This document shows, in pieces, positions 51,964 to 63,244 of a stretch of 64,000 nucleotides of DNA. Each line of letters opens with the position of its first letter. Within the stretch, counting starts at the first letter, position 1. The position numbers and the translations under genes were made by a program. This DNA is from Promethearchaeota archaeon Loki_b32 (GTDB lineage: Archaea > Asgardarchaeota > Lokiarchaeia > Sigyniarchaeales > SOKP01): NCBI GenBank assembly GCA_005223125.1, contig NJBH01000002.1:96001-160000 (forward strand), read 5' to 3'. The notes below the pieces were generated by a model, which saw nothing but the letters and a program-made list of their open reading frames with translations, ran no database searches and was not told where the DNA came from.

Positions 51964-53586
51964 TTATAAACCCAAAACGTCACACATCCTTTTAGCAGCG
52001 TCATTCTCAGCCAATTTTTTACTTTTTGCTTTTCCTATTATCGTATCATCACGATTTTTGAAAAATCCTTGAAAGTTATTTATATTTGTTCCTGGAACAA
52101 TGCTTAATTCTACTGTATAAGTGGGAGAATGATTTGGACCATCTCTATTTATCACTTTATAAATTGGCAATTTAAAATGGTTTTGTTGACAAAATTCGTG
52201 AAGTAATGATTTAGGATTTTTATCTCTATTATCTTTTTGAGCCAAATTTTTTATTAATTTTTCAAGACGAAAGAAATCCTCATCTCTATTTTGATTAGGA
52301 TTTTCAGTTTCAATTTTTAGAGTTTTAATATTTTCTTTTTTGACTTTAGGAAAAATCAAATCATTTTCTTCAAGTCTTTTTTCAATTTTAGGCGTTTTTT
52401 TTCTCAGCTTAACAAATTTGATTTTATCTTTAAGTTTTTTAAACCATAATGATTTATTCAATAAATTCTTCTTTGATTCAGCTTGATTAAAATCTCCATT
52501 TTCTTCACTTTCACTTTTCTGGAGTATTCTTTTATTATTAGCATTTATTTGGTCAAGGGTTAGCGAATGTCTTTTAATATATGGAATGTACAATAGAAAA
52601 GGTTTTTCAATCGAATTTACACGAATAATACAATAACCCATTTGTAGCATAGATAGGTATTCTTCATGTTCTTCATCAAGATTGAGTAGTTTACGCAATG
52701 TCTCTTTTTGCATATGGTTCTTAAAAGTAATTAACACTCCACAATTCGCTAAAATCTCTTCACTAACATCGGGACGTGTGGCAATAGTAATTAAGCATTC
52801 ACCAGTCCCTCTTAATAAAAGAGCAATATCTTCAATATAAGTCGAGATTTTAGTTTTGTCAGATAGTCCCCTGGGAGCAAAGTATTGAGCATCTTCAATA
52901 ATAGTCATATGTCTTATAGTTGTGTAGTCTTCCGAACCTTTAGATAAATTTTTATCCCATAAGTATTTTAAAATCATGTTTAAAAAGAATATAGCATCTT
53001 CTTTTTCTCCACCAAGGCGAATAATTGAGCTTAAATCAATAAGAATGTCTCTTTCAAATAATTTTTTTACATCTAATTTATTTTTTGTTTCAAAAATCGC
53101 CTTAATAGGACCAACAGAAAATCTTCTTATCCTATTTTTAACACTGATTATTGATTGGTCTAAAAATGGAATATTTCTTTTTTCTTTTTGAAGATATTCT
53201 TCGCATTTTTCGTAGAATCCTTCCCAACTCTGATATTCCTTGCTGCTACAAACTTCAGTTAAAATATCAACTAATACTTTTTGCATTTGAGGTGTAAATT
53301 CTGCGTGTGCTTCCAACATCTGGGCACTTTTAAAAATCGCAAATATTCTCTCTGCATGAACTTCGGGATTACTTCCTTCTGGATTAAAAATATTTATTGA
53401 AAAATTTTCTCCAGGTCTTATGATTAGTAGGTCATTGAGTTTCTCTTGTAAGAAATTGTATTCTCCTTTGAATTCTACAAGCATTATTGGTGTTTTATAA
53501 TGCTTTTTAAAATTCATTAAAAAGAATTGTAAAAAATTACTTTTTCCTGCTCCTGTTGAACCACATACAAACATATGTCGCTCCAA
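51964..53586 (-). CDS. HerA/FtsK-like (DUF87) ATPase fused to a C-terminal dsRNA-binding domain; probably 5'-truncated
   Basis: GSTGAGKS, IIEDAQ, ATRP; dsRBD NPKSLLHEFCQ...GPNHSPTYTV...GKAKSKKLAENDAA. Frame stays open to 53691 with no start codon. Confidence 0.85.
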   Translation of the reverse strand: MERHMFVCGSTGAGKSNFLQFFLMNFKKHYKTPIMLVEFKGEYNFLQEKLNDLLIIRPGENFSINIFNPEGSNPEVHAERIFAIFKSAQMLEAHAEFTPQMQKVLVDILTEVCSSKEYQSWEGFYEKCEEYLQKEKRNIPFLDQSIISVKNRIRRFSVGPIKAIFETKNKLDVKKLFERDILIDLSSIIRLGGEKEDAIFFLNMILKYLWDKNLSKGSEDYTTIRHMTIIEDAQYFAPRGLSDKTKISTYIEDIALLLRGTGECLITIATRPDVSEEILANCGVLITFKNHMQKETLRKLLNLDEEHEEYLSMLQMGYCIIRVNSIEKPFLLYIPYIKRHSLTLDQINANNKRILQKSESEENGDFNQAESKKNLLNKSLWFKKLKDKIKFVKLRKKTPKIEKRLEENDLIFPKVKKENIKTLKIETENPNQNRDEDFFRLEKLIKNLAQKDNRDKNPKSLLHEFCQQNHFKLPIYKVINRDGPNHSPTYTVELSIVPGTNINNFQGFFKNRDDTIIGKAKSKKLAENDAAKRMCDVLGL

Positions 53587-53795
53587 ATCATGAATTGATA
53601 AATAGAACGCATTTTTCTTTTTACCGTCTTTTACAATTTTCCCAAATTTTATATCTCCGTTTTTAGCTTCTGAAACTGCCTCTCTTAAAATTTATAAAAC
53701 GATAATTAGGATTAGCAAAAATCTTATATAGCTGTTTATCATTTAACTATTTAACATTTATACAGACAAAAATCAATAAAATTTATGAAAATAAG

Positions 53796-55511
53796 ATGAA
53801 ATCAAACATTCAAACTAAAAAAATTATAATGATTATAGGAATTTTTTTCGTTTTGTCAACCTTAATTTATTTTAATTCCAATTTCAGTACTGGAAATATC
53901 TATAGAAGAGATGTAAATTTAAAAATCTCACCTATTTCTGAAAAAATTATTATAATCGGTAATTCAGGTTGGGTTGATTTTAGGAGTGATGGAAAATGTA
54001 CTGGTTCAGGTACTTATTCCGATCCATATATCATAGAAGATTTAGTAATCGATGGAGGAGGATCGGGAAATTGCATCTGGATTGAAAATACAGATGTATA
54101 CTTTATAATTGAAAATTGTAATGTTTACAATTCATTAAATTACCCTAGTGCGGGAATCAAATTAAGAAGTGTTAATAACGGACAACTACTTGATAATAAT
54201 TGTTCGTCTAATCATTATGGAATATACATCGCTAATAGTAAGAATATCACTCTATCAGGAAATACGGCTAATGATAACCAGCATATAGGGATATATTTGA
54301 AGAAATGTAATATCACCACTACTTCGGGAAACACAGCCAATTATAATTATTATGCTGGGATAAGCTTATATTTGTGTAATAACATCACTACTTCGGGAAA
54401 TACAGTAAGCAATAGTGAACAATGGGGGATATTTTTCCATTATAGTAATAATAACACCATTTCGGGAAACACAGCCAATTATAATTATTTTGAGGGGATA
54501 TATTTAGAAAATAGCCATAATAACACCATTTCAGGAAACACAGCCAATTATAATTATTACGCTGGGATATATTTAACAAATAGCTATAACAATGCCGTGA
54601 TGGGAAACACTGTTAACAATAATAGTATATATGGTATAGGTTTAGATAATAGTTGCAAAGATAACACGATCTCGGGAAATACTGTAAATAATAATGAGAT
54701 ATCTTTAAATGGTAAGAACCACATTATTTCGAGCAATATTTTAAATAATACTGGATTAAGTGTATTTGGTCCAATTGAAGAACTTTGTTCCTATGATATT
54801 GATGTTACAAATCTTGTGAATGGAAACCCTCTTTATTATTACATCAATGAAATAAATTTAGGACCAAACAATTTTACGAATGCCGGGCAAGTGATATTGG
54901 TTAATTGTAGTAATTCATTAATATCCAACTTAGATATTTCTTATAGTTCTAACGGAATTTCATTATATTACTGTAATCACAATGATATCTTGGAAAACAC
55001 CTTAATTAACAATACTCGGTCAGGTATATGTTTATATTATTGTAACTATAATAATGTCTCGGAAAATACGATAAATAATAATATTTGGGGGGGGATATTT
55101 TTATATTACTGTACCTCTAACGAAATCTCGGGAAATATGGCAATTAACAATGACTATGGGATTTATTTTCAAGATAGTCATTATAACGATATATTGGGAA
55201 ATAATGCAAGTTACAATTTTTATGATGGGATACATCTACTTGATAGTCATAACAACTCCGTTTCGGGGAATACAGCAAATAACAATAAATGCGGAATATA
55301 TTTAGATTCAAGTGATAATAATATCGTTTCAGGAAATACAATATTAGGGAATGATATATGCATTGATGAACAATATTGTGATGGGAATATTTTTGAAAAT
55401 AATGATTGTGGTAAGAAAAAACCAACAATACTAGGATATAGTTTATTCTTTCTACTTGGCACTCTATCCGTTATTTTAATAATTAAGTGTAGAAAAATAA
55501 AGAAATTTTGA
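53796..55511 (+). CDS. Secreted/surface NosD/CASH parallel beta-helix protein
   Basis: N-terminal signal/TM, GSGTYSDPYIIE, many GIYL..S.NNTISGNTAN repeats, C-terminal TM. Confidence 0.9.
   Translation: MKSNIQTKKIIMIIGIFFVLSTLIYFNSNFSTGNIYRRDVNLKISPISEKIIIIGNSGWVDFRSDGKCTGSGTYSDPYIIEDLVIDGGGSGNCIWIENTDVYFIIENCNVYNSLNYPSAGIKLRSVNNGQLLDNNCSSNHYGIYIANSKNITLSGNTANDNQHIGIYLKKCNITTTSGNTANYNYYAGISLYLCNNITTSGNTVSNSEQWGIFFHYSNNNTISGNTANYNYFEGIYLENSHNNTISGNTANYNYYAGIYLTNSYNNAVMGNTVNNNSIYGIGLDNSCKDNTISGNTVNNNEISLNGKNHIISSNILNNTGLSVFGPIEELCSYDIDVTNLVNGNPLYYYINEINLGPNNFTNAGQVILVNCSNSLISNLDISYSSNGISLYYCNHNDILENTLINNTRSGICLYYCNYNNVSENTINNNIWGGIFLYYCTSNEISGNMAINNDYGIYFQDSHYNDILGNNASYNFYDGIHLLDSHNNSVSGNTANNNKCGIYLDSSDNNIVSGNTILGNDICIDEQYCDGNIFENNDCGKKKPTILGYSLFFLLGTLSVILIIKCRKIKKF
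54323..54558 (+). repeat. Near-identical intragenic repeats with 69-bp period
   Basis: TTC(G/A)GGAAACACAGCCAATTATAATTATT at 54323, 54461 and 54530. Confidence 0.8.
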
Positions 55512-55548
55512 AATGCTAAATGTAGGGTGTTATTTTACTTACCTATAT

Positions 55549-56073
55549 TTAAGAAGCATACTTAATCATACGCTGGGTTAATTCTCTGAAAGCTTCTTCA
55601 ACATTTTCACCAGTTTTAGCTGAGGTTTCAATATAAATACTATCTTTACCTTCTGCATATTCTCTTACAACTTTATTATCAATCGAGCGGCTAACATCTT
55701 TTACCAAATCTAACTTATTTCCTATGATAATAAAAGGAATATTTTCATTTAATATTCCAAACATCTCTGAAAGCCATTGTTCAATCTCTTCATATGTATT
55801 GAGTCTTGTAAGGTCAAAAATTATTAGAGCGCCTTGAGTTCCTTCATAGTATTGTTTATGCAAAAATTTAAACTTTTTCTGCCCCGCTACATCCCAAATA
55901 ACCAGTTTAGCAATGTTTTTTGATTCTAAAGTAATTTCTTTAATTAAATAGTTAATACCTATAGTTGTTATATAATCACGAGAGAATTCGTTCTTTACAA
56001 ACCGATATAATATGCTAGTTTTTCCTACAGCAGGAGCGCCTAATAATAGTATCTTAAAACTATATTGCTTCAT
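55549..56073 (-). CDS. Rab-like small GTPase
   Basis: GAPAVGKTS, YITTIG, WDVAGQ, GNKLD, ETSAKTG; no CaaX tail. Confidence 0.93.
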   Translation of the reverse strand: MKQYSFKILLLGAPAVGKTSILYRFVKNEFSRDYITTIGINYLIKEITLESKNIAKLVIWDVAGQKKFKFLHKQYYEGTQGALIIFDLTRLNTYEEIEQWLSEMFGILNENIPFIIIGNKLDLVKDVSRSIDNKVVREYAEGKDSIYIETSAKTGENVEEAFRELTQRMIKYAS

Positions 56074-56416
56074 AAAAATACATTGAAATAAATTCTAATT
56101 GGCAATAAATTTAATATTATCCAATAGTAATAATTATTTTTCATTAAAAAATAAATATTCTTCTTAAGTTAAGCAAAGAGAAAGAGGTTTTACAAGGCTA
56201 GATACGGTTTAACAAGAATTTTGATGAACCTTTTATATCATTTTCTAGAAAACATAAGAAAATTCAAGAAATAATAGTATTTTTGGATTAATTCAAGACC
56301 TATAAATCTATTTTGAGACCTTAAATTAATGATTCGAGAAAAGTAGAATCTATAATTTTTTTAAAAAAGTACTTTTTTAGATTATTAAAACAAAGATTAA
56401 ATAATTACTTTATTTT

Positions 56417-59400
56417 GTGTTGTTTATGAGAAGATCTAGAAACAGAATTTCTTTTTTAATCTTATTAACCATTTTTTTCAGTTATTTTATAATTCCATTC
56501 ATTGGAACACGATTGAATAGTTCCAATCTTAATGATCAAAACATTAATAATGAAATAGATTTAAAATCATTGTCGTCCTCTCTTTCAAGCGGAATTAATT
56601 CAGATAAGAATAATTTAGAAAATTATTCAAGTTATCAGATTTCAAAATATGGAACAACCCTTAATAAATTTCTATCTAATATCACTTTAAACCATGACAG
56701 TAATCAAAAAGAGGTGAAAGTTATTGTTGTATTTGATAAATCCTTATCTAAAAAAGAGCATGTTGTTCTATTAGACTCAATTTTTGATAACTATAATTTG
56801 ATAAGCAACTATGATATAATTCCCGGTGCTTATATAAAACTCAATCCTAATCAACTTATTACAAAAAAAGATGTAATAGATGGTATTATATCAATTACTC
56901 AAATTCATAAATCGAATGTTTATGAGTTACCTTCTGTTTCAGATAATTCGGTACAATTGAGTGCGTTAGATAGTGGCGATTATTCTAACTGGTGGCTTTC
57001 TGCTATTGGTGCTGAAAGTCTCCCTTATGATGGCTCAGGTGTGAAAGTAGCTGTGATTGATACGGGAATTTACCCTCATCCTGATTTAACAATTATTAAT
57101 AACAGTAATTTTGTTGCTGATGAGGAGTTATGGGAATATGATGATAAAACTGGACATGGTACTCATGCTGCTGGAATTATTGGTGGTGATGGTGGTGGCT
57201 CTTCTGGAGAATATCGTGGCGTTGCTTCTGGTGTTTTGTTAATTAATGCAAGAGCAGGTAATGAAAGTGGATTAGATGAAGGAGATATAATAAGAGCGAT
57301 TGAATGGAGCTCTAAACCAACCCATTCGGGTGGTGCAGGAGCAGATATAGTATCCATGAGTTTTGGTGGGGTGTATCCTTATATTTCTGATCTTATTACT
57401 CAAGCAATCACAAACGCAAAAGATAACTTTGGTGTTATTTTTGTTTCATCTGCAGGTAATTCTGGACCGGAGTATTTTACTGGTTCAACTCCCGCTTCTG
57501 GTATTGATGTTATATCTGTAGGTGCTACAGATAGAAACGATAATCTGGCTTCTTTTAGTAGTTGGGGTCCAACTTTTCGGTATTTAGGGTTCCCTGATGT
57601 TGTTGCTCCTGGTATTAATATTATTTCCACAGATGCAAAGGATTCTACATTTTCCAAAGAAGAACGTTATAAAGACAACTATTTGGATTTTACAGATGAT
57701 GCAGATTATATTCCTCTAAGCGGAACGAGTTTTTCCTGTCCTATGGTTGCGGGTGCATTAGCAATTCTATTGGATGCGTATCCCAATATTACACCTGAAA
57801 CTGCTAGAATAGCTTTATTAGAAGGAGCAAGAAAACTTCCTGATGAAAATGAAATCGATATTCTTAAATCTGGAGCAGGGATGATAAATGTAACTGCATC
57901 CTTAGATTATTTAAACAGTATTTCTCCTGACTATAATGATACAGCAAAACTATTCCCTGATGATCTTCCAGTTAAACCTTATGATTTATTACATTTCCCG
58001 GGAGACCATCAAAAATTTAATTTAACTGTAATCTCTGGAGACGCTAATGATTTTGATATTGAAATTCCAACCTATATTCAAGGTGTATCTCTATCTATAG
58101 ATAAGTTAACGATTAATTTCTCTAACTCTGGAATTGATTTTTTAGAAATAGATATTGAAATTCAAAAAGATGCTATTCCAGAGATAAAGACATTTCAAAT
58201 TAACCTTACCATTGGAGTTAAAATTTATGATACTGCTGAGATCACATTAGATATTAGATTACCAGAGTATCGAATATTAATGGAATCTTTCCATGGATTA
58301 AATGATTGGTTTGCCGTCCCAAATTTTGGATACACTTTTTATCAGATGGGGTTTTATGAAGCTATGGCGGATCTTACAGATCTTAATATTTCGATTGACT
58401 ATAGCATGGAATATTGGACACCAGATTATAATAAGGATTTCGACAATTCAATTTTAACAGAAGAAAGATTAGCTCAATATGATATTGTTGTTTTACAAAA
58501 CCCAATCCTTCCCTATAGTCATGTAGAAATTGATAACATAGTAAATTACTATGAAGGTGGCGGTAATCTGTTATTTTTAGGAACTAGGTACCAAGATATG
58601 GTAGTGGAAAATATAAATTATTTATTCACCAGATTGGGAATAGATATTCAAATAAATGAAGAAAATGTAATGAATGATAACTGGCTTGGTATTGGAGCAA
58701 GTATAACTTCTCAAAGTGTATATAATTTTGATAATTCAGCGATTTTTAATGACGTATCCCAATTCTATTGGCTATATGGTAATAGTTTTACTATTTCTAA
58801 TAATGCTGAGTCTATCGCAACCATAGATAATAAAACAGTAGTGGCGCTTTATAATGGAACTGAAAATGGAAAAGGAAACTTTTTAGCTTTCGGAGATTTA
58901 AATTGGATTTACGATAAATATGATTCATCAGCTTATATTGATGACCATTCAAATTTATTAAAAAATATAGTCGACTTTTTATTACCCTCAAATGAAGTAT
59001 CTATCAACATAGAATTAGAAAAAGAAAGCACTTCAAATGGTGAAATTGATATCTCAATTTATTTGAAAAACCAAACCTCTGAGGCTCCAATTACAAATTA
59101 TACTTCTTTAACTTTAACAATTAAGAATGAAACATATCAAGAGTTGATTATATTAAATACAACATTTACAAGTGATGGAATATATTTCAATGAGTCATTT
59201 AATATTCCGTTTCCAAGTAATATACCTTATTCATTAATAGTAAATTTGACAATTGGTTCAATAGAATATAATAAAACCTCGAAAATTCTTTATTATAACA
59301 GTAATGAAATGCCACAAATTAATGATTTATCTGTTAGTGATATACAAATTACAAGAGTAGAATCAACATTATTGATTTCTGAATTAGATGATAACTCATA

Positions 59401-60403
59401 TAATGATTTTGAGGGGCAACTCTCTATTTATTCCTATTCATTTTATAATACTAAAAAATCTGTTAATAAAACTTTAACATTCAGTCATAGTGGTTCCAAT
59501 TATTATACTGCAACTTTCGACGCAGATACAGCTGATCCTTCTGGATATGCTATTCTTTATTTAGTACCGATGAATTCCAATTATACTGCTTCAAATTCAC
59601 CTAGAGCTCTTTTTCTAATTATTAATAATCCCCCCGAAATTATAAAAGAAAGTTCTACATTTGATCATGGTTCTTTTGATAGTACTGAATCTGATGATGG
59701 TTCATATGTTTATTCCGCAACTCAAGGCGATACATTTGATTTTGCAGTAGATGTGGAAGATACGGTAGCATATGAAGACGATAATTCTAATATGAGAGTC
59801 TTTGTAAACTTATTTATATATGTGACAGCAGGCGAAGGAACTATTATCGGTATAATTCCAAACACTTTTGAAGTTGCTGAGTTAAATTATCTTTCAAGCT
59901 CCGATAAATACGAAGGAACTTTTACTATACCAATTACTATGCAATATAGTACCATTGCGGGCATAAAATCTGTATCAACGGCAACTGAATTTGATACTTC
60001 CACCAATACTGGATATTTAGGAGTTCTCATTATTACTGCATATGATAGTGAAGGTGGATCTGATGAATTTACCATTATTTTAATAATTTCTGAACAACCT
60101 ATTGATTTTAGTTTTCTTATTATTATTGTATTGATAGTAATTGGTATCATTGGATTTGCGGGAATGCTTATTTATTTTGTAAAAAGGCAAAAGCGCCCTA
60201 AGATTACTCAATATCCGCCAATGTATCAAGATTATTATTACGAATCCCCAATTGAAAAACCAGAAGAAACTTATTTAATTCCCGATCCTTTATCTCATCT
60301 AGAACAATTTTATTGTCCTTTCTGTGGACAATTAGTAACACAACCAAAGAAATTTTGTCCACATTGTGGGGAATCTCTCACATTTAATGAAACAAATGAA
60401 TAG
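56417..60403 (+). CDS. Membrane-anchored S8 subtilase, site-1-protease-like, with C-terminal zinc ribbon
   Basis: Catalytic VIDTG, GHGTHAAG, SGTSFSCP; C-terminal TM; double CxxC tail. Confidence 0.9.
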   Translation: MLFMRRSRNRISFLILLTIFFSYFIIPFIGTRLNSSNLNDQNINNEIDLKSLSSSLSSGINSDKNNLENYSSYQISKYGTTLNKFLSNITLNHDSNQKEVKVIVVFDKSLSKKEHVVLLDSIFDNYNLISNYDIIPGAYIKLNPNQLITKKDVIDGIISITQIHKSNVYELPSVSDNSVQLSALDSGDYSNWWLSAIGAESLPYDGSGVKVAVIDTGIYPHPDLTIINNSNFVADEELWEYDDKTGHGTHAAGIIGGDGGGSSGEYRGVASGVLLINARAGNESGLDEGDIIRAIEWSSKPTHSGGAGADIVSMSFGGVYPYISDLITQAITNAKDNFGVIFVSSAGNSGPEYFTGSTPASGIDVISVGATDRNDNLASFSSWGPTFRYLGFPDVVAPGINIISTDAKDSTFSKEERYKDNYLDFTDDADYIPLSGTSFSCPMVAGALAILLDAYPNITPETARIALLEGARKLPDENEIDILKSGAGMINVTASLDYLNSISPDYNDTAKLFPDDLPVKPYDLLHFPGDHQKFNLTVISGDANDFDIEIPTYIQGVSLSIDKLTINFSNSGIDFLEIDIEIQKDAIPEIKTFQINLTIGVKIYDTAEITLDIRLPEYRILMESFHGLNDWFAVPNFGYTFYQMGFYEAMADLTDLNISIDYSMEYWTPDYNKDFDNSILTEERLAQYDIVVLQNPILPYSHVEIDNIVNYYEGGGNLLFLGTRYQDMVVENINYLFTRLGIDIQINEENVMNDNWLGIGASITSQSVYNFDNSAIFNDVSQFYWLYGNSFTISNNAESIATIDNKTVVALYNGTENGKGNFLAFGDLNWIYDKYDSSAYIDDHSNLLKNIVDFLLPSNEVSINIELEKESTSNGEIDISIYLKNQTSEAPITNYTSLTLTIKNETYQELIILNTTFTSDGIYFNESFNIPFPSNIPYSLIVNLTIGSIEYNKTSKILYYNSNEMPQINDLSVSDIQITRVESTLLISELDDNSYNDFEGQLSIYSYSFYNTKKSVNKTLTFSHSGSNYYTATFDADTADPSGYAILYLVPMNSNYTASNSPRALFLIINNPPEIIKESSTFDHGSFDSTESDDGSYVYSATQGDTFDFAVDVEDTVAYEDDNSNMRVFVNLFIYVTAGEGTIIGIIPNTFEVAELNYLSSSDKYEGTFTIPITMQYSTIAGIKSVSTATEFDTSTNTGYLGVLIITAYDSEGGSDEFTIILIISEQPIDFSFLIIIVLIVIGIIGFAGMLIYFVKRQKRPKITQYPPMYQDYYYESPIEKPEETYLIPDPLSHLEQFYCPFCGQLVTQPKKFCPHCGESLTFNETNE

Positions 60404-60429
60404 ATTTTTTTTTCAATATTTACTTTTTT

Positions 60430-61146
60430 TTATTTTGGGAGAGTTAACACGTTCCCATCTTCGAGTCCGACGTAGACTTTAGAAGTCATATCTATAAATA
60501 ATCCTGTATCAACAATTCCGGGAATATTTAGAAGCTTTAAGTTAAGTTCTTGTGGTTTTTTAATTTCTCCAAAATCTACATCGATTATAAAATTACCATT
60601 GTCTGTAATTAATGGTCCACTTTTTGACCGAGCCATACGAAGAACTGGATTTCCATCAATTTTTATTAATTTGTTCATTAATGGAAAATAAGCCATTGGA
60701 ATTACTTCAATAGGGATACCTCGTTTCCAATTTGTGCCTAAAATTTTAGAATTCTTTCTGAAATCCACTATTATAATAAGTTCCTTTGAATTTGAAGCGA
60801 TTATCTTCTCCTGTACTAAACAACCACCTCCACCTTTAATTAAGTTAAGATCCTTATCTATCTCGTCTGCCCCATCAATATCAATGTCAATTTCCGAATA
60901 CTGTTCTAAAGATACTAATTCTAATCCATTCTGTATTATTAATTGGTAAGCTTGAAATGAACTTGGGATACATTTTATATTCATTGCCTTTTCTTTGTTG
61001 ATTTCACCTAATCTTTCAACAGCATACACAACAGTCGACCCACTACCAATTCCTACGATCATATTCTTTTTAATATTTTCTTCTACAGCTTTTATAGCAG
61101 CATTCTTTTTTCCTAATTCAATTAGATTTTCAGTCAAGATAATCAC
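60430..61146 (-). CDS. rpiA: Ribose-5-phosphate isomerase A
   Basis: GIGSGST, DGADE, KGGGG..QEKI. Confidence 0.96.
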   Translation of the reverse strand: MIILTENLIELGKKNAAIKAVEENIKKNMIVGIGSGSTVVYAVERLGEINKEKAMNIKCIPSSFQAYQLIIQNGLELVSLEQYSEIDIDIDGADEIDKDLNLIKGGGGCLVQEKIIASNSKELIIIVDFRKNSKILGTNWKRGIPIEVIPMAYFPLMNKLIKIDGNPVLRMARSKSGPLITDNGNFIIDVDFGEIKKPQELNLKLLNIPGIVDTGLFIDMTSKVYVGLEDGNVLTLPK

Positions 61147-61153
61147 ATTTAGT

Positions 61154-61576
61154 CTATTTTTTTAACAGATTTAAAATCCTAATTGCTAAATACGCAGCAT
61201 TTTCGCCTCGATCAATACCAACACTCGCAACAGGAACTCCTGGAGGCATTTGAACTATAGATAATAAGGCATCCAATCCACCTAACTTTGTACTTACAGG
61301 TACTCCTATAACGGGTTTATTTGTTTTTGATGCGATCACACCTGGTAAGGCAGCAGAAAGACCAGCAACGGCAATATATATTAACGAATCACACTTTTTT
61401 AAATATTCATCTAATTGCTCCGGATTTCGATGAGCAGAAATAATTTGAAGATCATATTTTATATTATTTTCCTGTAAAACGCTTTCAGCCTTTTTATAAA
61501 TATCCTCATCTGAGGTACTCCCTGCAATTATGGAGACTAAAGTTTTTTCACTAGTGTCTACGTTTGGTTTAGGCAT
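61154..61576 (-). CDS. purE: AIR carboxylase / N5-CAIR mutase
   Basis: [35 protein letters not shown]. Confidence 0.95.
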   Translation of the reverse strand: MPKPNVDTSEKTLVSIIAGSTSDEDIYKKAESVLQENNIKYDLQIISAHRNPEQLDEYLKKCDSLIYIAVAGLSAALPGVIASKTNKPVIGVPVSTKLGGLDALLSIVQMPPGVPVASVGIDRGENAAYLAIRILNLLKK

Positions 61577-61782
61577 AATTTATTTAAATCTTCTATGCAT
61601 AAAAATAATTCTAATAGCATCTTAATAGGAATATCAAAATTTTCGAAAAGAATAATATTAACTACGAAAAAACTACTTATTTTTATCAAAAAGTTTAATA
61701 TTATTTTAAACCTTCAACTAGTAAAATTGAATTTTTAATAATCAAAAATTACTCAAATATTTTTATAGTTGGTGAAATTAAA

Positions 61783-63066
61783 TTGGAATTAAAAGAAGTA
61801 TGGATGGTTGATTATGCTCGTACAGCATTTTCTCGTTCTAGACCAAAACAACCGGAAAGAGACGTTTTTGGGGAAATTAGAAGTGATGAACTTCTTGCTA
61901 AATTATTAGTCAAATTCTTTGATCAGAAATTAACAGATAAAGGAATAGAGAAGAAAGATATCGATGAGTTCACTGTGGGTACTGCTATGGGTGTTTACGA
62001 GAATTGGACTTACGGAGGTAGACTTCCATTATTTTTAGCGGAGTTTCCAGTAGAGGTTCCAGCTATGTTTGTTGATAGACAATGCGGTTCAGCAGGTTCT
62101 GGAATGCATGTAGGTATCATGGAAATTATGACTGGTCATAGTAAAACCTGTTTAGCTGGTGGTGTTGAACATATGACTCGTGTTGATATGCAGAATAATC
62201 ACGTACGCCCAAATTTAAAAATGATTAATAAGAAAAGCGAATGGTACAGACCTCAATATGATATGCTAACTACAATTAATATGCTTCAAACAGCCCAAAA
62301 ATTATATGAAGAAGAAATACCTGTTTTTACTAAAGAGGATTTAGACAAATTTGGTGTAAGAGCACATAATTTAACAGTAGAAAGTCAAGAAGCAGGATGG
62401 TTTAAAGGTGAAATTATCCCCATTGAAGGTCACGTTGAGGGAAATGTTGAAGAACCAATGATGGTGGATAAAGATATGGCAGCAAGAAAGTCTACCTTGG
62501 AAAGTGTTTCAGGATTACGTAGATTATCAAAACCATTTTTCTTAAAAAAGAATGGAGGTAGAGCTGGTTATAAAGAAAGAGAAGGAACTGCGGAAGGAGT
62601 TATTACCGCTGGCAATTCTTCTCCTCTAAATGCTGGTGCTACTGTATGTCTTATAATGGAGGCTGAGGAAGCTAAAAAACGAGGAATTGAACCTTTGGCC
62701 AGAATTGTATCGATTGGATGGGCGGGGGTAGATCCTACGGTAATGGGTAGAGGTCCTGTTCCAGCAACAGAAAAAGCATTAAAATATGCGGGATTGACAG
62801 CAGATGATATTGATTATTGGGAAATAAACGAAGCTTTTACAATTGTAGCGTTAAATTGTATGAATCACTTTAATATTCCAGAAGAAAAAGTCAATGTAAT
62901 GGGCGGATCTACAGCAATCGGACATCCATTAGGGGCCACAATGGTTAGATTACCAGGAACTCTTGCTCGTGTCTTAAAAGATAAAAAAGCTAAATATGGT
63001 GTAGCAAATGCCTGTGTTGGTGGCGGTCAAGGTGTTACCACGATAATAGAGAATTTGGATGCCTAA
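61783..63066 (+). CDS. Acetyl-CoA C-acyltransferase (thiolase)
   Basis: DRQCGS, EINEAF, GHPLGATM, CVGGGQG. Confidence 0.95.
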   Translation: MELKEVWMVDYARTAFSRSRPKQPERDVFGEIRSDELLAKLLVKFFDQKLTDKGIEKKDIDEFTVGTAMGVYENWTYGGRLPLFLAEFPVEVPAMFVDRQCGSAGSGMHVGIMEIMTGHSKTCLAGGVEHMTRVDMQNNHVRPNLKMINKKSEWYRPQYDMLTTINMLQTAQKLYEEEIPVFTKEDLDKFGVRAHNLTVESQEAGWFKGEIIPIEGHVEGNVEEPMMVDKDMAARKSTLESVSGLRRLSKPFFLKKNGGRAGYKEREGTAEGVITAGNSSPLNAGATVCLIMEAEEAKKRGIEPLARIVSIGWAGVDPTVMGRGPVPATEKALKYAGLTADDIDYWEINEAFTIVALNCMNHFNIPEEKVNVMGGSTAIGHPLGATMVRLPGTLARVLKDKKAKYGVANACVGGGQGVTTIIENLDA

Positions 63067-63244
63067 ATTCATTAAAATTATAATTTTCTATAATTTTTTG
63101 TTTTTCTTTATTCTATTTTTTATTTTGGCAAGTTTGTTTTTATAATATTAAGACTCTTAAATTCATCTGTTTTCTGCGTAATATTTAAATATTAACTAAT
63201 AACAAATTAACATATAAAAAAAGTAAAATGAATGTGAAATCAAA

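Noticed and set aside
54323-54558. Regularly spaced repeats resembling a CRISPR array
   Set aside because: They are in-frame 23-aa beta-helix coding repeats, and no cas genes are present.
520-60949. Short ORF-track entries overlapping longer genes (e.g. 4748-5173, 25193-25573, 27819-28193, 41025-41384, 50664-50972)
   Set aside because: Antisense or alternate-frame shadows of well-supported genes, with no motifs of their own.
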